DNA of 64,000 nt from Candidatus Atabeyarchaeum deiterrae (GTDB taxonomy: Archaea > Asgardarchaeota > Atabeyarchaeia > Atabeyarchaeales > Atabeyarchaeaceae): the NCBI GenBank assembly GCA_037310415.1, contig CP147780.1, positions 1,792,001 to 1,856,000 on the forward strand. The letters are read 5' to 3'. Below the pieces are notes generated by a model. It was not told the DNA's origin and did no database searches. It saw only the letters and a list, made by a program, of their open reading frames with translations. Position 1 is the first letter of the stretch. Every line of letters starts with the position of its first letter. Made by a program: the position numbers and the translations under genes. This document shows positions 20,105-30,979 of this stretch, one piece after another.

Positions 20105-20356
20105 TTAGCCCGTTTCCGGGCTCCCTTTTCCACTCCTTTGCTTTCTAATCATGGACAGCGTAACGTTAACGGTATTCGTTGTAGTCCCGATTGTTGTCGC
20201 TATCTGGCTAGGTCCGAGACCTGCATCAAATAGCACCTCGATCTGTTTTTTCTGGCTTTTCATATCCTTGATTATGTTGAGAGCGGATAGCCGTATCAGA
20301 GTATCTAACCTCAATGCTATTTCAGAAAGTTGAGGATCACCCTTTATGGAACTCAC
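20105..20356 (-). CDS. Small HTH protein (array member 2)
   Basis: RLDTLIRL N-terminal helix and GLGPSQIATTIGTTTNTVNVTLS HTH. Preceded by RBS GGAGGTGA. Confidence 0.75.
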   Translation of the reverse strand: MSSIKGDPQLSEIALRLDTLIRLSALNIIKDMKSQKKQIEVLFDAGLGPSQIATTIGTTTNTVNVTLSMIRKQRSGKGSPETG

Positions 20357-20431
20357 GTTTCTTTTTCACCTCCAACCGGGGCTTCTCTTGTCTTAGTTTG
20401 TTCTTCGAGTAGTTACGCCTCTTTTGATGTC

Positions 20432-20767
20432 CTATTTCAAGGGAGAAATCTCGATTCCGAAATCCTCGAGTGAGAAGACTCGCTTAGCTCGTTCTCCTCC
20501 TTTCACGCTTGAGAGTTCTGCAAGGCCTGCTCTTGACCACTTCTTCCACCACTTAGTCACGGTCACATAGCTCGCCCCGCAGTTATTGGCGACCTCTTGG
20601 CTGCTACGTCCATCGCTGAAATGGTAGGCAAGTTTTTCTTCATCACTTTCAAGCATGTCCTCGAGGAGTTTCTTAACTGTCGGGATGCTTGTGACCTTCA
20701 ACCACTTCAGTATCTCTTCAAGGATGCGTATTTTCTTCTCATTGAGGTCCTTTTCGTCGTTGGACAT
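20432..20767 (-). CDS. Small winged-HTH protein (array member 1)
   Basis: ILEEILKWLK helix and AYHFSDGRSSQEVANNCGAS..TVTKWWKKWSRAGL. Confidence 0.75.
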   Translation of the reverse strand: MSNDEKDLNEKKIRILEEILKWLKVTSIPTVKKLLEDMLESDEEKLAYHFSDGRSSQEVANNCGASYVTVTKWWKKWSRAGLAELSSVKGGERAKRVFSLEDFGIEISPLK

Positions 20768-22136
20768 TCTTGTCGTAATCCCCCATGCATGAACCCCTGA
20801 TCAGATTATTCTGCCAGATCGAATATAACAATTTCTTTTGTTCTGTATCTGATGGCAGAGAGGATTGCGAATTCCCTCACGGGGAACCACAGGTTCCATA
20901 AAGTCCTCGGTGAAGCGTTCTAGCGGTCTGTCTGCCACGGTGTCGCCCTCATCTGCAATCCTGTAAACTGTGGCTTGAAACCCTCTAAACCCCCCGTGGA
21001 AGTTTCGTGATGGAAGTGACTCCGCCTGGGATATTGACCGAGAAAAGTGAATTATCTCTCTCAAATTGGGTTTTGGTTGCTCTCTTGGCCTTGCTAATCT
21101 TAGTATCATGAAAGGAGGACACAACTGCCAACCCTCCATGTGCCCCATCAACGAACACAATCAGTAGAAAAGAATTGGATGATTCTTTCCTTCCCGTAAC
21201 CTGGAACCAACCTGGTGAATGTTTTAGGGGATGCGAAAACTGGCGCTAGTCAGTGTAACCTTGGAGCCAGCAATTCATAATCTAAATGATCCGGACCGTT
21301 GGGGCGCGTTGACAGTCGATTCCTGTCTAGACCACCAGCAGATACACACAGGTCGAGTCATGTACGGTCCTGCAGCTAGAAAAGCAACCTAGAAAAGTGG
21401 ACTTGTGAATACGCAGCGATGCTCTTTCGGACTCCCAGCTGGTGAGAAGGTATGACTTTCAAACCAATATCAAGTCGATACCTCTTAGCGGCCTTGAACT
21501 CTGAGATATAATGAATCAACGTGATTGACTGCTACTTGTTCATTGCACTCCATCGACAAACCTAGAACGAGCCTCCACCCACCCCGACGGTTCTTTCCAG
21601 CGGACTACCCATCTCTATTTTTGGATGGACTATCGTATCGACGTGCGTATCTTTCCATTATTCGAATCGGTAGCAACAGGTAGTACTATAGCGTCTGGCC
21701 TGGTTCACATAAGCCGGGTTGTGTGCAAACGCTTGTCTGAAAAGGCGGTCAAGACATTAGTGTGCATTTAGTCAGTCTTTGTGATTCCCTGGCTCAGCGA
21801 AGATTTGTCAAATGCGCGTCGTCGAAAGGTATCCTCGTGGCCAGTAGACCTCAGTACGTGAAAGAACTTGTTTGTTTCTATTCTTCTCAGCTTGACCCCT
21901 TTTCTGATTGGTCGTCACCTCACTGTCTTCGGATTGGATGAGCCCAATCGGTTCCGGGATATCAGGCTCCGAGAAAAGGCGGGGAGCGAGTCAACAAGAA
22001 TGTATCAGGAGCTTAAAGACGTCCCAACGAACTAGAGTTGAAAGTGAGCTTTCAGGAGGAGTGCGGGATGAAATTGGCTGTCGAGGAGGATTTCTCTTGA
22101 AAGCGAATGCTTCAGAATGCCGGGGCTTAACTGAAG

Positions 22137-22751
22137 CTAGTGGAATATCTTGAGCAACGCGTAGCCTTGGAATGCTGACCATAAGACCAAACCATACACG
22201 GCCAGTTTCTGCATCCATGCTGTGCCTATAAGAAAGATATGCAGCAGACATATGGCGGCCACTATTATGCCAACGAGCGCGAACCATTGGTTATAATTCT
22301 TGTTAAGAAGAATGGCAACCGAATATATCACGATGGCTGAGGCGTAGAGCAGGAAGAACAGTATCGTTGACATGCCGTGTTCTAAGGGGAATATGTCACC
22401 AGCTAAGATGGCAAGCGCAGATAGGAACGGTGCCGCCGCGAGACCAAGAACAGTGCCCACGTAACCCAGATATTTCACCGAATTCGGTTTCGTGAAGACG
22501 GTGTGAATAGACAGCCAGAATGGAACGGAACAGACCGCAGCAGACGTGCAGGCTGCAGAGAACAAAACATAGTTCACCGTATTAGGCTGACCGGCCACCT
22601 GTGTTAATCCTAGTTCACTGAAGTAGTTCGCAAGAAATGAGTAACCGCCAGGGTAAATCAGCATGCTCGTAAATGTGAGGATGACGAAAAGGACGCCGCC
22701 AAGTATCCCGCTAACTGCACCATACCATTTCCATGACCCAGTCACTCGCAA
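22137..22751 (-). CDS. DUF998-like multi-pass membrane protein
   Basis: YPGGYSFLANYFSELG motif and about 6 TM helices. Confidence 0.7.
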   Translation of the reverse strand: MRVTGSWKWYGAVSGILGGVLFVILTFTSMLIYPGGYSFLANYFSELGLTQVAGQPNTVNYVLFSAACTSAAVCSVPFWLSIHTVFTKPNSVKYLGYVGTVLGLAAAPFLSALAILAGDIFPLEHGMSTILFFLLYASAIVIYSVAILLNKNYNQWFALVGIIVAAICLLHIFLIGTAWMQKLAVYGLVLWSAFQGYALLKIFH

Positions 22752-22909
22752 TCACCTTCTGCGTCTTATTGCCTTGTCTTTTATTGTCTGATTCTTCACC
22801 CTAATATACTCAGCTCACTCCTAGTTGATGAGAAACTTGGTTCAACGTCGGGTTGAGATCGGAACCAGCAGGATCTGGAATCCAGTGGGGGGCTCCAGAT
22901 ACGATTCCG

Positions 22910-23263
22910 TCAGCTACCCGTTGTGATCGGCTTGTATGATTCGACGAAGCTTTTGGCAAATTCCATTGCGTTCCCCTCAGTGCCTCTGTGAACCTTGTCT
23001 ACCCTTGTCCTTAGATGATGGTAGAACTCATGCAGGACTACAAACGGGTTCATCAACACGTCGCTGTTCAGAACAGATATCGTTCTGTCTCTGGCCGTAT
23101 AGCACCCCAGCACATTCTTCCGGTGCCCCTTGGGCAGACCAACTTTTATTCTGGGCACGCTGACATGGTAGTAGTCTGCGAGCAGCTCTAAGGCGTTCTC
23201 AGGTCTGCCGTCCAATATAAGCTGGACGACAGAGGTCTTGAACTTGATTGGGTCCACAGGCAT
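22910..23263 (-). CDS. Small zincin-like (HExxH) protein
   Basis: VVLHEFYHH followed by E...A.EFA. Confidence 0.65.
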   Translation of the reverse strand: MPVDPIKFKTSVVQLILDGRPENALELLADYYHVSVPRIKVGLPKGHRKNVLGCYTARDRTISVLNSDVLMNPFVVLHEFYHHLRTRVDKVHRGTEGNAMEFAKSFVESYKPITTGS

Positions 23264-23466
23264 TCCTTTTGCCTTCGACGAATTGGATCAGCTTCTTGGG
23301 TTGCTACCACATTCTAAATGACTCTGGTCTCTAGCTCACTCAGCTGCACATATATATTTATTAACTTCCCAATCTAACGTCTCTAAGAATGCATTTGAAG
23401 GTTGAGACTAGGGGCAACACGCAGCTTTGGCAAAACGGAAGAGGATACTAGTGGTGAGATGAGCAA

Positions 23467-24654
23467 ATGACAAAAATACAATTGGCTGATAACCTCTACT
23501 GGGTTGGCGTGGTAGACTGGAACCTGAGGGACTTCCACGGATACACGACCAATCGTGGAGGAACCTATAATTCTTACCTCATAGTTGATGAAAAGACGGC
23601 GCTGGTTGATACAGTCAAGTACGTTTTCCGTGAAGAACTCGTGGAGAAAATCAGTGAAATTGCAGATCCAGAGAAACTTGACTATGTTGTCATAAACCAT
23701 GTTGAACAGGACCATTCAAGTTCATATTTGGAGATCTTGAAGCTGGCTAAGAACGCTACGATTATTGCCACTCAGCGAGGAAAGGAGGCACTCATCAAGC
23801 ATTATGGTGAGGTCCCCAACGAGATCAAGACAGTCAAGACTGGGGATGAGGTGAAGCTTGGCAAACGAACTTTGAGATTCATTGAGGCTCCAATGATTCA
23901 TTGGCCCGACAGCATGATGACTTACGTAGTTGAGGATGGAATTCTACTATCGAATGATGCGTTCGGTCAGCATTACGCGACTTCCGGTCGTTTCGATGAT
24001 GAGGTTGACGAACATGTCCTGATGGAGGAGCTGGCGAAGTACTTTGCAAACATCTTGATGCCGATTACGACTTTGATTGTTCGGAAGATTGATGAGGTTA
24101 CGCAGATGGGCGTCCCGCTGAACATGATTGCCCCCAGCCATGGAGTGATTTGGCGTTCGAACCCACAGAAAGTTGTCAGAGCATATCTGGATTGGTGTAA
24201 GGGATTCCTCAATAAACCAAAAGTCGTAGTGGTCTATGATACAATGTGGGGAAGCACGGACAAGATGGCGAGAGCCATAGTCGAGGGAGTCAGAAGCACA
24301 GGCGCAGAAGCCAAGCTCATGAAGCTTAGGATAGCAGAGATGAGTGATATTGTCACAGAGATCTTGGATTCGAAGGCCGTGATTGTCGGTTCCCCAACTC
24401 TGCACAATGAGATTTTTCCAACCGTGAGCGGGTTCATGACATACATTTCGGGATTGAAACCCAAGAGCAAGATATGGGGTTTCTTTGGTTCCTTCGGTTG
24501 GGGTGGAGGAGCAGTCAAAAAGATGATAGCGATGGCGAACGAAGCGAAATTCGAAGTGCATGAAGCCAGCTTGGAAATCAAGTACATCCCGACGAAGGAA
24601 GAACTGGAAAGATGCATAGCTTTCGGAAAAGAAATTGCCGAGAAGATAATCTAA
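23467..24654 (+). CDS. fprA: Flavodiiron protein (FprA/ROO, O2/NO reductase)
   Basis: HVEQDHSS, HWPDSM, SNDAFGQH and PSHG motifs plus flavodoxin domain YDTMWGST. Confidence 0.95.
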   Translation: MTKIQLADNLYWVGVVDWNLRDFHGYTTNRGGTYNSYLIVDEKTALVDTVKYVFREELVEKISEIADPEKLDYVVINHVEQDHSSSYLEILKLAKNATIIATQRGKEALIKHYGEVPNEIKTVKTGDEVKLGKRTLRFIEAPMIHWPDSMMTYVVEDGILLSNDAFGQHYATSGRFDDEVDEHVLMEELAKYFANILMPITTLIVRKIDEVTQMGVPLNMIAPSHGVIWRSNPQKVVRAYLDWCKGFLNKPKVVVVYDTMWGSTDKMARAIVEGVRSTGAEAKLMKLRIAEMSDIVTEILDSKAVIVGSPTLHNEIFPTVSGFMTYISGLKPKSKIWGFFGSFGWGGGAVKKMIAMANEAKFEVHEASLEIKYIPTKEELERCIAFGKEIAEKII

Positions 24655-24728
24655 ACTCGATGATTCAAGCCCAATTATCTTCTTTTCTTGGCGCGTAGTG
24701 TGGGCGAGCGTCTGTGAATGAGTTAGTT

Positions 24729-25226
24729 TCACTCCTTCAGGAGATAACTCATGTAGGATTTGTATGGTGGTTCGAAGTCAATCTGCCACATGAGGCAGAT
24801 AAGTTCGCCTCTGTGGTGTATCTCTTCTTCCACAACGTGTACTAGCAAATCCTCAATGCGGAATTTGTTCTTACCGCGTGGAAACTCTTTGTCCAGTTGT
24901 GCTGGAATTAGTTTCGCAAGGGCGGCTCGGCTTTCTGTCTCAACGTCATTCATGTATTTTTCCATTGTTTTTATGTTTTCGAAGCTTCTTTCATAGCCTT
25001 TGCTTGACTCTTTGTCTCTCTTTCCAGATGCCAACGCCTTCAACCAGCTTTCCTCTGCGTCTAAGCTATGAAGAAAGACATTCCGTATGGAACCGAAACT
25101 TGCACCCCGATCCTCAATGACTTTTTCCCAGGGAAGCTTCGCCATGCTCTCAAGAAACTTGCGCCTACAATACCAGTTGTACTCAAACAATGCTCTAATA
25201 TCTATCATAATATCAACCAGATACAT
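24729..25226 (-). CDS. DinB/YfiT family protein
   Basis: FGSIRNVFLH and HVVEEEIHHRGEL. Confidence 0.85.
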   Translation of the reverse strand: MYLVDIMIDIRALFEYNWYCRRKFLESMAKLPWEKVIEDRGASFGSIRNVFLHSLDAEESWLKALASGKRDKESSKGYERSFENIKTMEKYMNDVETESRAALAKLIPAQLDKEFPRGKNKFRIEDLLVHVVEEEIHHRGELICLMWQIDFEPPYKSYMSYLLKE

Positions 25227-25550
25227 GCATGTAGCAGTTGATTAGAAGCTTTAGTGTTTCGCTCCTAAATTAGTTTGCGGAGTCCAGCTCACTTCCGCCT
25301 CTGATTCATCTGCGAGAGTAATGAGGAGCTTGAGCATGGAGAAGCATGGCTATGAGGCAGAGACGGGCACGAAATTTGATTCTTCTCAATAAGTTCGCGA
25401 TGACATTGCACTCAATTTAAAAGTCCTCTCTGAAATAACTAATGTCAGAGAATTGCCCGTAAAGTCACGTTTAGGGGTGTTATTGTTGTTCTGTCTGATG
25501 AGAAAAGTGGAAAGAGAAATTCCTAATGATGCACTCGGAGGACTGCAAAA

Positions 25551-26537
25551 ATGAAAGCAAATCCGAAAACACTTCTTGTTACCGGTATGGGGTTTCTGCC
25601 TGACTGGATTAGCCAACACATTAAGAGTGCTGAAATCGTATGCACGTTTGACGTAACTGAGGAAAGTCTTGGCAAAAAAGTGAAGGGCTTCGATGGAGTA
25701 CTGTTCATGCAAACCGTTAGCCACTACAAGATCACCAGAAAGATAATCGAATCTGGAGACAAGCTTAGATTCATCCAATCCGGAGGCGTGGGGTATGAGC
25801 AGATCGATGTGGACGCGGCGACCGATCATGGAGTCGTCGTTATGAACGTGCCAACCGCAACAACGGTGTCAGTCGCGGAACACGCCATTGCTCTGATTCT
25901 GGCATGTGCAAAGAATATAGTCAAGATGCACAAGACTATTCTCGCAGGTGGATGGCGCACAATGGATTTTGGAGTGGAACTTTCGAAGAAAACGTTGGGC
26001 ATAATAGGGCTTGGCAGGATCGGAAAGGCAGTGGCGGAGAGAATGAGGTCATTTGAAATGGCGATTCTCGTTTTCGACCCGTATGCGGAGGAAGCTGATG
26101 TCAGAAAGATGGGATGTAAGAAGGTTGATCTAGCGACCCTGCTTAAGGAGTCCGATGTCATTACGATCCATTCCCCTCTCACGAAAGAGACAACGGGATT
26201 GATCGGAGAACCCGAATTCAACGTAATGAAAAGCTCAGCCATTCTTGTGAATACTGCGAGAGGAGGAGTCATAGACGAGAAGGCGCTAATCAAAGCACTG
26301 ACTGATGGACGCGTAGGTTACGCTGGGCTTGATGTCTTTGGGATGGAGCCCGTAGAGAAAGATAATCCTTTGCTCTTGCTGGAGAATGTCATTCTGACAC
26401 CACATAGTGCTGTACAGAATCAAGACGCTATGGCGAGATTAATGAACCAAAACGGCATCCAAGTGGAAAAGGCGCTTAATGGGAACTACGAGAATGTCGT
26501 TAACCCCGATGTTTTAAAGAAGTTAGCTAAACGTTAA
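25551..26537 (+). CDS. D-isomer-specific 2-hydroxyacid dehydrogenase (SerA/GyaR-like)
   Basis: GLGRIG, NTARGGV, LDVF..EP and TPHSA motifs. Confidence 0.92.
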   Translation: MKANPKTLLVTGMGFLPDWISQHIKSAEIVCTFDVTEESLGKKVKGFDGVLFMQTVSHYKITRKIIESGDKLRFIQSGGVGYEQIDVDAATDHGVVVMNVPTATTVSVAEHAIALILACAKNIVKMHKTILAGGWRTMDFGVELSKKTLGIIGLGRIGKAVAERMRSFEMAILVFDPYAEEADVRKMGCKKVDLATLLKESDVITIHSPLTKETTGLIGEPEFNVMKSSAILVNTARGGVIDEKALIKALTDGRVGYAGLDVFGMEPVEKDNPLLLLENVILTPHSAVQNQDAMARLMNQNGIQVEKALNGNYENVVNPDVLKKLAKR

Positions 26538-26561
26538 GCGAGAAGTTGGAGAACTGTCTGA

Positions 26562-28685
26562 TCACGGGTCATTGGGATTCAGTAACTTCAGCATTTTGCT
26601 TGCGTCTGTCGTTGGTAAGCTGCACTTGTAATCTCTGCAAACGTAAGCTGTGGCTTTGCCTTCTTTGCTCACCAAGTCGATTGTGAATTCAGCGAGTGCA
26701 GTTAACTCCACGTTTTCCTCTTCGGTAGGTTTGAAGATCACTACCTTGTTTGGTAGAAAGTTACCCCTAACAGCTTTGAGCAAACCTTCTGTATCCTTGG
26801 CGTCGCTGCGTCCTACTATGACGACCTCACTTGTAGGCCCTATGGCAAAATCTACAGCTGTCAGCATCTGTGTGTAAGCAGAGGGCATCCCGAAAACAGC
26901 GCCGTATGCTGATTGCATAATCCCAGTGGCTTTCTGTTCGAAGTCAGTTCTCTCTGCCATGTGTGCGAGTCGAAGCAAGTTGAGTGTTGCGACAGAGTTG
27001 CCTGAAGGGTAAGGTCCATCATAGAACTCCTTCCTTCTAATGAAAGCCGTCTCGACATCATTCGCCGTCATGTAGAATGCTCCATTCCCCTCATCCCAAA
27101 AATGGCTCACCATTTGTTCAGTCAATTCAATTGCAGATTTCAAGTACTTTGCCTGGAAGGTTGTCTCATAGAGTTCTATGAGTCCCCAAACAAGAAACGC
27201 ATAGTCATCCAATAGGGCCGGTATAGCTGCCTCTCCGTCTTTGTAGCGATGGTAGAGTCTTCCCGTAGAATCAAGCATCTTGCTGAGAATGAAGTCAGCT
27301 GCGCCTTTGGCAGATTCACGGTATTCGGTCACTTCGAGAGATTGGGCTGCTTTGGCCAACGCCGCAATCATCAATCCATTCCAGTCTGTAAGGATCTTGT
27401 CGTCTTTGTTAGGATGCACGCGTTTTTCCCGAACAGCAAAAAGCTTACTTCTTGCCACCTCGATGAGGTTCGCTAGTTTATCCGTTGAGGTTCCTAGATC
27501 AGAGGCGATTTCTTGAGGTGGCTTCTTCATGTACATAATGTTGTCTGCCAACTTCTTAGTTGTGTTTTTGCTGAGATTTCCTTCTTCTTCTACGTTGAAG
27601 ACCTTAGCGACTAGTTTTGCTTCTTCATGGGAAAGTGTTTGGTCGATCTGGTGTTTGGTCCACAGGTAGAATGCCCCCTCTCTTCCTTCGTTGTCAGCAT
27701 CGATCGATGAGTAGAATCCACCTTCTGGCGAAGTCATGTCTCTTGAGACAAAAGTGAGAATATCATCGACAATCTCGAGGTATTCTCTTTTTCCAATAAC
27801 CTGGTAAGCTTCCGCGTATGCCATCGTAAGCATAGCTTGATCGTAAAGCATTTTCTCGAAGTGGGGAACGAACCAACTTCGATCGACGGAGTAACGGTGG
27901 AAGCCGAAGCCAATGTGGTCGTGGATGCCACCCAGATACATCGAGTCAAGTGTCTTCTCCACCATTTGTCGCGCTTTCTCAGACTTCTTGCGCTTACAGT
28001 AGCGGAGTAAGAAGGTCAGATTGTGTGGCGTTGGGAACTTTGTCCCGCTGCCAAATCCTCCCCACATTTCGTCAAAATTCTCAAGCAGCAAATCATATGC
28101 CGCGTCAATCTCAGCCATTCCCACTTTTTCTTCTCCAAACGTGTCCGACTTCATTTCGGATCTTAGTAGATCCATCGTGAGTTCTCCAGCGGACTCTATA
28201 AGCTTGTTTCTGCTAGATGCCCAAAGTTCGCTGATTCGTGGGATCAGCTGTATCAACCCAACTCGTCCATACATATTGTCTCTCGGAATGTAAGTGGCAG
28301 CGTAGAAAGGTTTTCTCTCAGGCGTCATTATGATCGTGAGCGGCCACCCACTGCTGCCCGTCATCATTTCACAAGCCTTCATGTATGCGTTGTCAATGTC
28401 AGGCCTCTCCTCTCTATCAACCTTGATGCAGACAAATGATTCATTCAACAACCTGGCTACTTCAAGATCTTCGAATGACTCCTTCTCCATGACGTGGCAC
28501 CAATGACAGGCAGAGTAGCCAATTGAAAGGAAAATCGGTTTGTTTTCCTTTTTCGACTTGTCGAATGCTTCCTGTCCCCAAGGATACCAGTCTACAGGAT
28601 TGTGGGCATGTTGCAGCAAATATGGGCTCTTCTCATGGATTAGCCGGTTTGTTCCTTTGCTACTCGAGCCATCATGTGTGGCCAT
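26562..28685 (-). CDS. YyaL/SPATA20-like thioredoxin + six-hairpin glycosidase-like protein
   Basis: [31 protein letters not shown] and [11 protein letters not shown]. Confidence 0.93.
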   Translation of the reverse strand: MATHDGSSSKGTNRLIHEKSPYLLQHAHNPVDWYPWGQEAFDKSKKENKPIFLSIGYSACHWCHVMEKESFEDLEVARLLNESFVCIKVDREERPDIDNAYMKACEMMTGSSGWPLTIIMTPERKPFYAATYIPRDNMYGRVGLIQLIPRISELWASSRNKLIESAGELTMDLLRSEMKSDTFGEEKVGMAEIDAAYDLLLENFDEMWGGFGSGTKFPTPHNLTFLLRYCKRKKSEKARQMVEKTLDSMYLGGIHDHIGFGFHRYSVDRSWFVPHFEKMLYDQAMLTMAYAEAYQVIGKREYLEIVDDILTFVSRDMTSPEGGFYSSIDADNEGREGAFYLWTKHQIDQTLSHEEAKLVAKVFNVEEEGNLSKNTTKKLADNIMYMKKPPQEIASDLGTSTDKLANLIEVARSKLFAVREKRVHPNKDDKILTDWNGLMIAALAKAAQSLEVTEYRESAKGAADFILSKMLDSTGRLYHRYKDGEAAIPALLDDYAFLVWGLIELYETTFQAKYLKSAIELTEQMVSHFWDEGNGAFYMTANDVETAFIRRKEFYDGPYPSGNSVATLNLLRLAHMAERTDFEQKATGIMQSAYGAVFGMPSAYTQMLTAVDFAIGPTSEVVIVGRSDAKDTEGLLKAVRGNFLPNKVVIFKPTEEENVELTALAEFTIDLVSKEGKATAYVCRDYKCSLPTTDASKMLKLLNPNDP

Positions 28686-28738
28686 GGGTATTCCACCTGC
28701 TGCCAGATGCTTTGGCCAACTTCCAGAAGGTTCGGTCT

Positions 28739-29572
28739 CTATCGTCTGATCGATCGTGTGGTCCTACGACTTCGAATGCTATTCATGAAGATGCAGATAT
28801 TGAATGGCAGGATCGTGCTGTCGATCCCAATTCTCTCTTCTGTATACTCGACTGGTGCGTCTCTCACTAGTACGAATGGAACTCTCTCATCGGCTTCACC
28901 CATAAGTAGTTTTGCTGCGGAGGCGATGTCATCGATAACTGATTGAAAGGTTACACGCAGTGATCTGCCATAGAGATCCTTCCTGCCAACATAATTCTTC
29001 AAGGGTTTCAATCCCGCAAAGCCGAGTGCAACGCCTATGGTTCCTCTTCTACCTGGCAGTAACCCAGAATCGGCGACGACAACGGCAACCCTTTTCCCAG
29101 TACTATCGATAATTCTCTCCCGCATCAGCCGGGCGGATTCATCAGCATCGTCTGGCGGCAATGTGAACGAGTCGATTGGGGAATTGGCAGAGTCGATACA
29201 TGCGTTGACGCATGGAAAGCCCTTCCTGACCGCAAGAATAAAGCCAGGTGATCCGCCGACGATGGAGTCAGACTCGCCCAAGATTAGCTGCATCAGCGCT
29301 GGGGTGACTTTGTTTTTGGTTGCAAGCTTGGTCGCCTCTTTTGTCACTTTGACGTCTGAGACCCTGCGTACTTTGCCTTCAACGAGTCCGACGACCTTCG
29401 ATGCCACAACTACCACGTCGCCGTCGTTCAAAGTCAATCCATTCCTCTTAAGCGCGCTGATGAACACTTGAGCCAAGTCATCATGCTCGGCAATAAGAGA
29501 GGTTTCCACCGGGAATAACTCCATCGGGCTTCTTGTCAAGGTGATACACCTGCCGGTTAAACCATCATTCAT
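28739..29572 (-). CDS. cofE: Coenzyme F420-0:L-glutamate ligase
   Basis: [26 protein letters not shown] and LMGEADE motifs. The true start may be MELFP near 29524. Confidence 0.85.
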   Translation of the reverse strand: MNDGLTGRCITLTRSPMELFPVETSLIAEHDDLAQVFISALKRNGLTLNDGDVVVVASKVVGLVEGKVRRVSDVKVTKEATKLATKNKVTPALMQLILGESDSIVGGSPGFILAVRKGFPCVNACIDSANSPIDSFTLPPDDADESARLMRERIIDSTGKRVAVVVADSGLLPGRRGTIGVALGFAGLKPLKNYVGRKDLYGRSLRVTFQSVIDDIASAAKLLMGEADERVPFVLVRDAPVEYTEERIGIDSTILPFNICIFMNSIRSRRTTRSIRR

Positions 29573-29782
29573 TCTTCTTTTATTGATTTTCCATACAACC
29601 TACCTGCAGACGGAGGGGAAGTCATGTGTTGAACATCTCGGGTGTATTGCGAAGATCGCACTTTCCACCAAATCCTTTTAGAGAGAGTCAGCTTATTCTG
29701 TTCGCTTGTCACCCGAGGCAGGAAAACATCTCTATGTTATACTGCCTAAACCAAAACGTCTGCTTGAGGTGAATTAGGTCAA

Positions 29783-30253
29783 ATGACTCGAACGCTAAAC
29801 CCCATGTTTACGGCAATTGGCGTCTGTTCGCTATTGAGTTCGTTGGATAAAATGGGGATAACCCCAACGTTGATAGCGCGTCAAGCCTCCAAAGTGATTG
29901 GACCAGTGCTAGCTGATTTTGGAAAGATGACTTTGGGACCAGGCAAAGAGATGCGCGCAACAAACTTGGACGAATTCGTTGCAGGTCTCAGAATAGCTGC
30001 ACAGGTAGGTGGATTAGCAGACCCCCAAGCAGTGGAAGCTAGCCAATCCAACCAGGAGATCACCATAAAGTGGTCCGATTGCGGATTGAAAGACATGGTC
30101 TACGCTGGGAAACTATTCGGTTATAGCAGTTGTCCGCTGTGTCTCCCAGGCGTCATAATAGTAGGTTTGCTAGACGTATTTCACATGGCCGAGATTCGTG
30201 AAATGAAAGTTGAGAAGAGCGGAAACACTTGCTTAATACACGTATCATCGTAG
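29783..30253 (+). CDS. Hypothetical V4R-like Cys-containing protein
   Basis: IKWSDC...CPLC...C-terminal TCLIHV Cys pattern. Confidence 0.45.
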   Translation: MTRTLNPMFTAIGVCSLLSSLDKMGITPTLIARQASKVIGPVLADFGKMTLGPGKEMRATNLDEFVAGLRIAAQVGGLADPQAVEASQSNQEITIKWSDCGLKDMVYAGKLFGYSSCPLCLPGVIIVGLLDVFHMAEIREMKVEKSGNTCLIHVSS

Positions 30254-30426
30254 TCACCAGAAGCAGCATCGCGGCATACGCGCTCGCGTTGTCAGTCGGG
30301 ATCGGCGAGGAGAACCTGCCATGAGAAGCTTGCTGAATTCACCTCCCTGGGAAAGATAAGAAAGAGGGGCGTACGGTCTGGCATTGAGCGACTAATTCTT
30401 GTCCCGTGTTCTATACTTCACATTTC

Positions 30427-30750
30427 TTACTTGGATCGAGCCTTCCTGGACTTCTCAGCTCGGGCAGGTACAACCTTCCCATGCTCTAGCTCGTCCCAAT
30501 CTGGTAATTCCAAGGCATTCGAAGAGAAAAGTTCGACTTTTCCCCACTTCGGGCACGCATAGACTATAAACGGTACAGTGTCTTCTCCCAGTTCCGCCAA
30601 TTGACCAAATATGGCTCCGAGCGCACCACTTCTTCCACCCGTCCTGAACTTGACCGTTCCAAAAGAACGCATTTTGACTTTGCAGTCACGACAGATCACT
30701 CCAGAATCGATCACAGCCAAAACGTCACCACCCTCCGAACCAGAACTCAA
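30427..30750 (-). CDS. Small zinc-ribbon protein
   Basis: CRDC...YACPKWGKVELF. The fourth Cys is replaced by Trp. Confidence 0.6.
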   Translation of the reverse strand: MSSGSEGGDVLAVIDSGVICRDCKVKMRSFGTVKFRTGGRSGALGAIFGQLAELGEDTVPFIVYACPKWGKVELFSSNALELPDWDELEHGKVVPARAEKSRKARSK

Positions 30751-30979
30751 GGAGCTGGAAAAATCGCTCTCAACAGGAAGTCGTTCCTCAACATCATTAG
30801 CAGATCATGCAGAATGCGAGCAGCACAGATAAGGTTTTTGCGTTGCTTCGGTCTGTGTGCGTTCCCCTAAAAGGGAAAGCCAAAATAACATCACACCTGA
30901 AGACTCAATTTCAAATCTGGGTCAGATCAGGCAACGTCGGGCAAAGAGTATAAATAACACTCTCGATTGAGTACCGTTC

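Noticed and set aside
20852-21010. Interrupted frame MAERIANSLTGNHRFHKVLGEAF* faintly like the N-terminus of the 13212 nuclease
   Set aside because: The similarity is only a few residues and the frame closes quickly, which is not enough to call a pseudogene.
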